Positions 16,800 to 24,763 of a stretch of DNA of 26,244 nt are shown here, one piece after another (position 1 is the stretch's first letter; each line of letters opens with the position of its first letter). The notes beneath the pieces are model-generated. The model ran no database searches. It was not told where the DNA came from and saw nothing but the letters and a program-made list of their open reading frames with translations. The position numbers were made by a program, and so were the translations under genes. The DNA comes from Candidatus Krumholzibacteriales bacterium (lineage in GTDB: Bacteria; Krumholzibacteriota; Krumholzibacteriia; Krumholzibacteriales; WJIX01), in NCBI GenBank assembly GCA_046483305.1, contig JAWODM010000019.1:1-26244 (forward strand). The letters run 5' to 3'.

Positions 16800-18584
16800 T
16801 TAATTGAGATTAATCATTCCACCCTTCACATTTACCTGCGCGCTTCCGCTTATATCGTTATTGGCCCCGGCTTCGGATTTCATATTCCCCGAGGCCTTTA
16901 TCTCTATGTTGACTCCCTCCATCTTAATGTCGGAGCCTGCCTTGAGGTTAATCCCTTCGTTGGCCTCCACATTGAGATTTTTCCCGGAAACGGAAATATC
17001 GCCCTCGCTGCTGATCGATATGGAGGGCCCGGAGAGGTCCAGCACTATCTGGTTCTTGCCGTCCTTCTGGGAAATCACTATCTGCTCACCGCCGTCCTCG
17101 TCATTCATGACTATCCTGTTCCCGCTCCGGGTCATGAACATTTTGATATTATTGTCCGCGGAATAAGCTTCGTCCATGGGAGAGTTGTCCTTGTTGTACA
17201 GGCTTCCCAGCACTACCGGATAGTCCGAGTCCCCGTTCTCGAAACCGACCAGCACCTCGTCATCTATCTCCGGAAGAGAATACCATCCCCGGTCTTTGCC
17301 GGCGTGTGGGACCGCTATCCTTACCCAGGCGGTCTCCTCCGAATCCAGCCAGGGATAACTTACCTTTATCCGGCCCAGTTTCTCCGGGTCTTCCAGGTTG
17401 ATCACCCTTGCTACCTGAAGGCCCCTTATTTCCCGCTCCTTAACCTGCCTGACTGTCTGGCTGCTGGTCACCGCGGTAATAGGCTTTTCCTCAACCTCCA
17501 GCTCCTGCTCCACATGTTTCCTCTCCGGGTAGGCGATATCCATGGGGGTGCAGATAAATATATTGTGATACTTTCCGCTCTCGTCAAAGATATGGCGAAC
17601 TCCCTTTACCCAGTACTGGCCGTCCAGCGATTCCATCCCGCTTATTTCCAGGGCTTTTCCCACTCCCACCGCTGGAACTACAGACTGGCCGGTGCACCGG
17701 ACCATCGAACCCATCGCCCGCCCTCGTTCGTTCTCCAGTTTTCTGTCCAGCGCCTGCGCGTCGCCGACCCTGCCCGCCTGAGAAAAGCTGGAATCCTTGA
17801 AAATCTTCTTTGAAGCTTCCGGAGAGACCCTGGAAATCTCCGAGAGGGAAGCCTGCTGAGATATTGATTTGCTGTCCTGGGAATAGGTCTTTTTCTGCTC
17901 GTAGTTATATACATCCGTTTTGAATTCCATCGGAGCGGTCCCCAGCCCCAGCCTGAATACTCCCAGATTCCCTCTCCAGCTCAGAGCAACCGTCTCGCTC
18001 CCGGCAGCAGCCGTGAAATTGAATTCACTGCCGTTATAATACGCGAATTTGCCGGCCGCCCCGGCCAGGCGCATTATATAATCGTAGTCAGTCTCCCTGT
18101 ACTGGGTATTGAATTCCAGGGTTCCCTCGGTGGACTCTATCCTTCCCACGGTCAGAGGGTATTTAGCGACCAGCGAAGATACTATATCCGATATTGACTG
18201 GTCATGATAATGAGCATTCCTGGCGATACCGTCCATCGCTATGGTAGGAGAGGAAGCGTGCAGAAGGACCACGTTCATCCCGTCTATACTATTCTCCAGC
18301 TGCACATCGGTTACCACGCCCACGAACTCCAGTTCGGCTCCTTCCTCCACCATGCCGCCGGTGGCCCGGAGATTGAGAGACACGCTGCTTCCCAGAAATC
18401 TGGTATAATTCTGAGGTTCGCTGAAATCTCTATCCGCATCCTTCTTTGCCACCTCCTGTATCCGGATGGTAAGCTGATGATGATCATCGATAAACTGATC
18501 CAGCTGTATGCCGGAGATATTGAACTTTATCTCTTCGTTCTCGATCCGGACCGCGCATTCGGCCGGTGTTTCAAGTACTGCCAT
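16800..18584 (-). CDS. vgrG: T6SS spike protein VgrG (TssI), no C-terminal effector extension
   Basis: gp27-like QYRETDYDYIMRLA; gp5 OB-fold DPEKLGRIKV...WVRIAVPHAGKDRGWYSLPEIDDEVLVGFENGDSDYPVVLGSLYN; beta-helix repeats ending VKGGMINLN; RBS GGAGGTG. Confidence 0.95.
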   Translation of the reverse strand: MAVLETPAECAVRIENEEIKFNISGIQLDQFIDDHHQLTIRIQEVAKKDADRDFSEPQNYTRFLGSSVSLNLRATGGMVEEGAELEFVGVVTDVQLENSIDGMNVVLLHASSPTIAMDGIARNAHYHDQSISDIVSSLVAKYPLTVGRIESTEGTLEFNTQYRETDYDYIMRLAGAAGKFAYYNGSEFNFTAAAGSETVALSWRGNLGVFRLGLGTAPMEFKTDVYNYEQKKTYSQDSKSISQQASLSEISRVSPEASKKIFKDSSFSQAGRVGDAQALDRKLENERGRAMGSMVRCTGQSVVPAVGVGKALEISGMESLDGQYWVKGVRHIFDESGKYHNIFICTPMDIAYPERKHVEQELEVEEKPITAVTSSQTVRQVKEREIRGLQVARVINLEDPEKLGRIKVSYPWLDSEETAWVRIAVPHAGKDRGWYSLPEIDDEVLVGFENGDSDYPVVLGSLYNKDNSPMDEAYSADNNIKMFMTRSGNRIVMNDEDGGEQIVISQKDGKNQIVLDLSGPSISISSEGDISVSGKNLNVEANEGINLKAGSDIKMEGVNIEIKASGNMKSEAGANNDISGSAQVNVKGGMINLN

Positions 18585-18604
18585 CTTTCACCTCCCCTCC
18601 ATAC

Positions 18605-18639
18605 TCCGCCGGGGCCCTTCGAAATCGGCGCCCGGCGGA
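18605..18639. other. GC-rich stem-loop between hcp/tssD and vgrG
   Basis: TCCGCCGGG (18605-18613) pairs perfectly with CCCGGCGGA (18631-18639) and can extend inward; no U-tract on the coding strand. Confidence 0.6.
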
Positions 18640-18692
18640 ATATCGATTATTTTCAGCTCACAAAAAATCAACCCGGTAACAGGCAGCTCCCG

Positions 18693-19094
18693 CTAATCCC
18701 AGAGATTGTCGATCTGAGCGTCGCCAATGGCCAGCAACTTGCACGAGATCTCAAAGTATTCGAACATCTGCTCGTCGGGTTTTTCCTTGGTGTGAGGAAC
18801 ATGTTCCTCATATTTGGTGATAAAACCGCTCTCCCAGACCAGCTCCTTCATCATCTTGTTGTCGGGAGTCATGAAGGTTACCCTTCCACCCTTCCAGTTC
18901 GTCTCCGATGAGTCCATCGCCCAGCGGGCGAGATCGGTATTGCCTTCCGATTCCCTGGTAATCTTGATTACCCCGGCGCGCGCGGTGTCGGAGGGGCGGC
19001 CGGTTTCATCCTTGGCGGTATTTATCTCGTAGGAAACTTCGTACACATTCTTATAGGTGACACCATCGATCTCAAGGGTTGGTCTTCTCGCCAT
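18693..19094 (-). CDS. tssD: T6SS tube protein TssD/Hcp, Bacteroidota (T6SSiii) type
   Basis: LEIDGVTY...SYEINTAKDETGRPSD...GVIKITRES...LARWA...GGRVTF matches the TssD family pattern (D.xGRPS...G.I...ES); RBS AAAGGAG. Confidence 0.88.
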   Translation of the reverse strand: MARRPTLEIDGVTYKNVYEVSYEINTAKDETGRPSDTARAGVIKITRESEGNTDLARWAMDSSETNWKGGRVTFMTPDNKMMKELVWESGFITKYEEHVPHTKEKPDEQMFEYFEISCKLLAIGDAQIDNLWD

Positions 19095-19135
19095 TTCGGT
19101 TTCTCCTTTCTCCTGTTATCAGGAGCCTGAATACA

Positions 19136-20563
19136 CTATTTGTCCTTTACATTGGTGTGGTCACCCTCATTCCACGCCTCGAACTCGATATTGAACGCCC
19201 GGGCGGGATATTTGGGGTTGAGCGCTACTTTGATATCCACCTCCTGCCTCTTGCGCATCTCCTCGTCGGCAAAGATGTCGATCTTATAATCTTCCAGGAT
19301 GTTATCCTCGCCGGAGATCGCTTTCATGAACACGTCGATATCCTTCCTCAGGGTATCTATGAACTTCTGGTCGATCACTGAGAAGGTCTGCTTGTTGAGG
19401 TAGTTACGCAGAGTCTTATACACGTAATCATAGGTTCTGCGGATGGAATACACATTGAAGGTTTCCTTGTTGGAAAGGGTTGAAGAACCCATAGCCACCA
19501 CGGAGCCTTCGAAATTGACCATGGTGTTGATGCCCTTGTCGCTGATCTTTCCCGCGTCCACCTGGTTCGCCCTGAACCGGATGTACTTCGAATCAGCGAT
19601 CTTGCCGTACTTGAAGCCTGCCGAAGGCTGCTGCATCCCGTTCTCCGAATCTCCCTGATATATCTTGCCTGCCACCGCGGCCGCGGGGGAGACCCACATA
19701 TCCTGGTCTTCGTACTGATTCTGTCCCCTGGCCATGATGTAGTTGGCGAACAGAGAAACGTACTGCTTGAAATCATCGATCCCGGTGATACCTTCATACG
19801 CCGGGTCCTCAAGCAGGTCCATAACTTCCTCAAACGTTTCGAGGTTGGGCAGGTCTGTCATTACATGAAGTTTGTTCGGCTTGCCCATCTGGCGGGCAAT
19901 AGTGTCGATATTCTCTACCGATCCCGCCCATCCGGGGAGCACCGCCAGCGAGAAACAATCCTTTATGGACCATTCGCGGTAAAGGTCCGACACCGCCTTG
20001 GCCAGCTGTTCGAACTTCTCCTTGTCGTCCGGGTCCATCAGCTCTTCCGCGCTGATATTGGCGAACCACGCGTTCACCTTCTCGTCAGGCTCCTGCTGGG
20101 CGTTGGCAAAGAACTTGTCCAGGGTGCGGTAAGTCTCTTCCAGTTCCCTGCCGGCCCGGTGAACTCTCTTCATGTTCTTGTTCAGGTTTGCCTCCAGCCT
20201 GGTCATTTTCTCATTGATGGTCTTTCTTATCTCATTGGGATCGTCCGATTCAGAGATTGCCTCCATCCAGAGTTTCAGCCTGTCGGCCAGGAGTTTCCTC
20301 TGCTTGGCAAAGTTGTCCTTGGTCAGAAACTCCTTTCTCTGAAAATCCTTCTTGGGGTCAAGCCATTCCACGCCCCTGACCAGGTCCCCGTCGATGGTCT
20401 TGAATGATGGAAGCAGTTTGGCCAGTTCCTTGAATTTGCCGAATTTTTCATCCAGAAGCTCGGCGAATTCATCCTCTGACAGCACCTCCCCGGCAGGCGC
20501 AGCCGGCCTGGCTTCAGCAGTTTTTTCTTCCTGGGGCTGCATTTCTTTCTCTTCGTCACCCAT
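19136..20563 (-). CDS. tssC: T6SS contractile sheath large subunit TssC (DUF5458-like, T6SSiii type)
   Basis: RELEETYRTLDKFFANA, SLAVLPGW, WVSPAAAVAGKIY, QPSAGFKYG and C-terminal ILEDYKI...VALNPKYPARAF. Start at ATG 20563 after the GAGGTG RBS. Confidence 0.88.
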   Translation of the reverse strand: MGDEEKEMQPQEEKTAEARPAAPAGEVLSEDEFAELLDEKFGKFKELAKLLPSFKTIDGDLVRGVEWLDPKKDFQRKEFLTKDNFAKQRKLLADRLKLWMEAISESDDPNEIRKTINEKMTRLEANLNKNMKRVHRAGRELEETYRTLDKFFANAQQEPDEKVNAWFANISAEELMDPDDKEKFEQLAKAVSDLYREWSIKDCFSLAVLPGWAGSVENIDTIARQMGKPNKLHVMTDLPNLETFEEVMDLLEDPAYEGITGIDDFKQYVSLFANYIMARGQNQYEDQDMWVSPAAAVAGKIYQGDSENGMQQPSAGFKYGKIADSKYIRFRANQVDAGKISDKGINTMVNFEGSVVAMGSSTLSNKETFNVYSIRRTYDYVYKTLRNYLNKQTFSVIDQKFIDTLRKDIDVFMKAISGEDNILEDYKIDIFADEEMRKRQEVDIKVALNPKYPARAFNIEFEAWNEGDHTNVKDK

Positions 20564-20580
20564 TGATTTCACCTCGCTTT

Positions 20581-21021
20581 CTATTCGGACAGTAATTCGA
20601 TATAATATCTCATCGCCTTAATAAGAGCATCTTTCTTCTCTTCGTCGGAAAGTGTCTTCTTAAGGGTATTATTCTTCTTGAGCTGCTTGTCCAGATCGGC
20701 AAGTATCTCCTTGCTGTAGTACGTCTCCGAGAGGTAATCATTCTTCTCGATCAGTTCCTTGGACTTGAAATCCTTCATCTGCCTGACCTCGAAATTGGCG
20801 TTCACCGGCTCCCCCTCGGCGCTTTCCAGCTCGCATTCGAAGGAAGGCCGGAATTTCTCGAAGACCTCCTTGAGGTTGCTGCACCTCACCGGATCCGGCT
20901 CCGCGTCCTCGTCGTTGTTCAGTTTCGCGATATACAGGAGCTTGTTGGAAGGGAGAAGCTCTACAGGTATGGAATCATCCTTTACCTCGCGCTCCCTGGC
21001 TCCCAGAGTGAATTTTGCCAT
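20581..21021 (-). CDS. tssB: T6SS contractile sheath small subunit TssB (T6SSiii type)
   Basis: LPSNKLLYIAKL...NLKEVFEKFRPSFECELESAEG...MKDF...QLKKNNTLKKTL resembles Bacteroidota TssB; directly upstream of tssC; RBS AAGGAGG. Confidence 0.85.
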   Translation of the reverse strand: MAKFTLGAREREVKDDSIPVELLPSNKLLYIAKLNNDEDAEPDPVRCSNLKEVFEKFRPSFECELESAEGEPVNANFEVRQMKDFKSKELIEKNDYLSETYYSKEILADLDKQLKKNNTLKKTLSDEEKKDALIKAMRYYIELLSE

Positions 21022-21048
21022 TGCATCCTCCTTTTCTCCGTATCCGGG

Positions 21049-23571
21049 TTAATTACTTTCGACTACTGAAAAAACATAATCATCGCCCTTAACGTCTATC
21101 CGCACCTTATCACCCGGCTTGACATCGCCGGTTATGATATCGACCGAAAGTTTATTGATTATCTTCTTCTCGATGATTCTCTGGATCGGCCTGGCCCCCA
21201 GTTCCGGGGTATACCCCTCTTCGGCCAGCCTGGTGACCGCATCCTCGGAAAGAGAAGCGTCTATGTTCAGATCCTCCAGCAGGGAGAGAAGCTGCCTGAA
21301 CTCCAGAGATACTATCTTCCGGACCTGCTCCTGGCTGAAGGAATGATAGATAACTATTTCGTTGAGGCGGTTTAGAAGCTCGGGCCTGAACTTGCTGAAC
21401 AGGAAGGCCCTGACCTCTTCCATATCCAGCTCCCTGCCCGCGCGGTCCGCTTCCAGAATCTTTTCAGCCCCGTAGTTGGACGTGAGCACTACGATGGTGT
21501 TGGAAAAATCCACCGTCCTGCCCTGGCCGTCGGTGAGCCGGCCGTCATCCATCAGCTGAAGAAGTATATTGAACACATCCGGATGCGCCTTCTCCACCTC
21601 ATCCATCAGGACTATGGAGAACGGTTTCTTACGTACCGCTTCGGTCAGCACCCCTCCCGCTTCGTAACCAACGTAGCCGGGCGGGGCCCCGATAAGCTTG
21701 GCCACAGAGTGAGTCTCCATGAATTCCGACATGTCTATCCTGACAATGGCGTTCTTGTCGTCGAACAGAAACTCCGCCAGCAGTTTGGGAAGATAGGTCT
21801 TTCCGGTTCCGGTTGGGCCCAGGAACAGGAAAGAGCCGACCGGGCGGTAGGGCAGCTTGAGCCCCGCCCGTGATTTCCTGATGGCGTTGCAGACCACCTT
21901 TACCGCCTCTTCCTGGCCGATGATCTGTCTGGAAAGGTAATCCTCCATATTGAGCAGCCGGTCCTTCTCGGCTGTCATCATCCTGGATACCGGGATCCCG
22001 GTCCGGCGGGCTATCACCGCGCCTATGTCGCTGTCCCGAACCACCGGCTCCAGATTATCCACCACCTCCCTGAGCTCCTTGAACAGGGACTTCTTATCCG
22101 CTACCAGCTTCTTGAGGTCCTCGCTCTTTACCTTCTCGAACTCCAGGCTGCTTTCGAATTCCCGGTCCAGCCGGTGCCCCCAGTACTTCTGGAGCGTATC
22201 CAGGTCCTTGATCAGGGCGTTGTAGCTCTCTTCGAGCTGATCTCCCTTTCCGGCAATCTCCTTCTCCGCAGTCTTGAAATGTTCCTCCAGGGCTTCTATC
22301 TTCTCCGCCGCCATCTCCTTCTTGACCGAAAATTCAGAGCCGGCCTCGTCTATGACATCCAGGGCGACATCGGGAAGGTTCCTCTCGGAAAGGTAGCGGC
22401 GGGACAGCTTTACCGAGGCGGTCCTCGCTTCCTCGTCATAGCTTACCTCATGATGCTCCTGGTACTTTTCAGCCACTCCCTCCACTATCATCACCGCTTC
22501 GTCCACATCCGGCTCCTCTATCCTCACCTTTTCGAACCTCCTGGCCAGCGCCTTGTCCTTTTCCAGGTATCTGGTATATTCCTCTTCGGTGGTCGCTCCG
22601 ATCAGCCTCAGCTGGCCCCTGGCAAGGGCTGGCTTGAGCAGATTGGCGGCATCCATCCCGCCCCCCGAACCGGCCCCGCAAATTGTATGTATCTCGTCTA
22701 TGAACAATATCACCGTGCCGGCAGCCTTTACCACTTCGCCGATCAGGGACTTGAACCGCTCCTCGAACTCCCCCTTGTACTTGGCGCCCGCAATTATCGC
22801 CCCCATATCGACTTCCAGCACCTTGACCCCCCTCAGGGTCTTGGGCACCCTCTCATCCACCACCGCGCGGGCGAACCCTTCCACGATGGCCGATTTACCA
22901 ACCCCGGCTCCCCCGGTCAGGACCGGTGAATTCTTCCGCCTCCGCATCAGTATCTGGACAGTCTGCTGGAGTTCGTCCTCTCTGCCTATCATGGGATCGA
23001 ACTCGCCGGCTGCGGCCCGGGCGGTCATATCACTGGTATACTTCAGCGTCCCGGATACCTTCCCCGGCTTTGCGCCCGGCTCGCCCTCCTTCTTTTCCTC
23101 CCCCTCCGCGGAGGAAACAGTAAGTTCCTCCAGGGCCTTGTTTTCGGCGATTGCCCTGTAAATATCCTCTTTCCTGAACTCGACCTTGTCCCTGACATAA
23201 CCCGACAGGGCCGAACGGGGATCAAAGGCGGCAATAAAAATGTGCTCGGGCTCAACCAGCGGATCGTACAGTTTCTCCTTTTCGTCCAGAGCGGCGGTCA
23301 GGACGTTCTGCGCCGCCGGCGACATCGGCACCTTCTCTCTTCCGGTGGACTTGGAGGGCTGATCCTTCAGGTAGATCTCAACAATCGATTCCACGAAGGA
23401 AGCGGATTTGCCGAGCTGATTCAGTATGGACTCGATCTCTGAACTCTCCAGCCGAACCAGAGCCATCAGAAGATGCTCCACGTCTATCTCGGCGTGCTTG
23501 AAACTGGCCGCTATCTCCCGAGCATTCTTTATGGCCGCGCGGGCGTCGTACGAATAGCTCGCTATATCCAT
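21049..23571 (-). CDS. tssH: Clp/Hsp100 AAA+ ATPase, T6SS sheath-recycling TssH (ClpV-like)
   Basis: Clp N-domain (EIDVEHLLMAL); D1 Walker A GGAGVGKS and Walker B ILFIDE; D2 GPTGTGKT, GAPPGYVG and MDEVEKAHPDV; first gene of the operon containing tssBC. Confidence 0.88.
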   Translation of the reverse strand: MDIASYSYDARAAIKNAREIAASFKHAEIDVEHLLMALVRLESSEIESILNQLGKSASFVESIVEIYLKDQPSKSTGREKVPMSPAAQNVLTAALDEKEKLYDPLVEPEHIFIAAFDPRSALSGYVRDKVEFRKEDIYRAIAENKALEELTVSSAEGEEKKEGEPGAKPGKVSGTLKYTSDMTARAAAGEFDPMIGREDELQQTVQILMRRRKNSPVLTGGAGVGKSAIVEGFARAVVDERVPKTLRGVKVLEVDMGAIIAGAKYKGEFEERFKSLIGEVVKAAGTVILFIDEIHTICGAGSGGGMDAANLLKPALARGQLRLIGATTEEEYTRYLEKDKALARRFEKVRIEEPDVDEAVMIVEGVAEKYQEHHEVSYDEEARTASVKLSRRYLSERNLPDVALDVIDEAGSEFSVKKEMAAEKIEALEEHFKTAEKEIAGKGDQLEESYNALIKDLDTLQKYWGHRLDREFESSLEFEKVKSEDLKKLVADKKSLFKELREVVDNLEPVVRDSDIGAVIARRTGIPVSRMMTAEKDRLLNMEDYLSRQIIGQEEAVKVVCNAIRKSRAGLKLPYRPVGSFLFLGPTGTGKTYLPKLLAEFLFDDKNAIVRIDMSEFMETHSVAKLIGAPPGYVGYEAGGVLTEAVRKKPFSIVLMDEVEKAHPDVFNILLQLMDDGRLTDGQGRTVDFSNTIVVLTSNYGAEKILEADRAGRELDMEEVRAFLFSKFRPELLNRLNEIVIYHSFSQEQVRKIVSLEFRQLLSLLEDLNIDASLSEDAVTRLAEEGYTPELGARPIQRIIEKKIINKLSVDIITGDVKPGDKVRIDVKGDDYVFSVVESN

Positions 23572-23648
23572 AAGGCAGAATTACTCCTTTTTGATTGAAA
23601 AAACCACAGCATCCGTAAAAGGGTTAAGTTTCACCCCCTCCAGAACCG

Positions 23649-23677
23649 ACCTTATTTTCGAAACCCGAAAATGTCAA
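23649..23677 (-). promoter_or_regulatory. Sigma70 promoter of the T6SS operon with an inverted repeat filling the spacer
   Basis: On the - strand: TTGACA (23677-23672), 17 nt spacer, TAAGGT (23654-23649). Inverted repeat ATTTTCG-N5-CGAAAAT at 23654-23672. Confidence 0.7.
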
Positions 23678-23752
23678 GTGCAAAATAGATAGAGAGTTTG
23701 CTCAAAACGGAACCCCTCGCCGAGGCCTTCTTCATCCCAGATCAATCAACCT

Positions 23753-24763
23753 CTATTCCGGGGCAGGTTCGGAGGGAAATCCCTGAATGGTCAGAAAATC
23801 GGGCCTCTCCTTTTCCCAGGTGACCCCGAACTTCTCCCGGCAGAACTCCTCTACCCTCTGGTAACCCTCATCACTGGTTATGGCATTGTCATAAAGAAAC
23901 TCCCTGTCCGGATAATTGTATGACATAGCCGCAATTATATCCAGGCGTACAGATTTCCTCATCACATTGGTCATTTCTATGACAAGGCCGGTACGGACCT
24001 CTTCTGCCAGGGCGGCCAGGGCGTTCCTGGTCCCTATCAGTCCTAATTTGGCTGCCAGCCCGGCTTTGGTTTCAGGGTCATCTGTCTTCATAAACCTGTC
24101 TATATAAGGAGCTTCCAGTTCTTCATCTCCCAGGGCGGCCAGCGCGATTTTATATTCCTCCCATCCGGACATCCTGCTCTGGTTCTCCTCCCGCTCAAGT
24201 ATTTTACGGGCTTTAAGTACCTTTCCTTTTGCGATAATAAGCAGCAGGGTCTGGTCGGGGGTTGACTCCAGCCTGTCAATAAACAATGGACCGAATTTGG
24301 CTATATGCTCCGGGGGAGTGTGTTTCTGAATGGTTTCCAGTATGTAATCAGCCAGGGGGCCAGTCTCGTTCAACCCCTTCTCCAGAAGAGTCCTGATGAT
24401 AAGTTCGTCCCGCAGAATCTTGATCCCTGAATCATAGAGAGGGTCCAGTTGAAATCCAAACTGTACCAGCATTTTCGCTGCCTGCATGGCCACATGATCG
24501 GTATCATATTTTATCGCCGTCGCCGCCGGCCTTATATTCTCTTCGTTCAGCTCCTCAGCAATAACATCACTATCAATCTTTCCTCTGAATTTGCCGTCCT
24601 CCCTGAATTCCTCGATCCGTTTCCTGAAATACTCCAAGAGGTCCACCTCCGTTTCATCTCCCTTATTTGCGCCGCAGTTCATCACCAGCCCGGAAACCAG
24701 AATTACTCCGGTTAATATTAATCTTAATGTGCCGGCCGTTATTATCTTGTAACCACATCCCAC
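23753..24763 (-). CDS. Exported (putative lipo)protein with HEAT-like repeats; candidate immunity protein
   Basis: Hydrophobic N-terminus ending LVMN-C (atypical lipobox); HEAT/PBS-like DDPETKAGLAAKLGLIGTRNALAALAE; GTG start overlaps the upstream peptidase gene by 22 nt; locally more AT-rich (several lines hand-counted at about 42-45% GC). Confidence 0.55.
   Translation of the reverse strand: MGCGYKIITAGTLRLILTGVILVSGLVMNCGANKGDETEVDLLEYFRKRIEEFREDGKFRGKIDSDVIAEELNEENIRPAATAIKYDTDHVAMQAAKMLVQFGFQLDPLYDSGIKILRDELIIRTLLEKGLNETGPLADYILETIQKHTPPEHIAKFGPLFIDRLESTPDQTLLLIIAKGKVLKARKILEREENQSRMSGWEEYKIALAALGDEELEAPYIDRFMKTDDPETKAGLAAKLGLIGTRNALAALAEEVRTGLVIEMTNVMRKSVRLDIIAAMSYNYPDREFLYDNAITSDEGYQRVEEFCREKFGVTWEKERPDFLTIQGFPSEPAPE

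Noticed and set aside
16417..21021. Prophage, tailocin or extracellular CIS interpretation of the gp25/VgrG/sheath genes
   Set aside because: There is no capsid, terminase, integrase, tape measure, tail fibre, lysis or Afp16/cap-like gene. A split TssB/TssC sheath, Clp ATPase, TssK and membrane proteins point to a T6SS.
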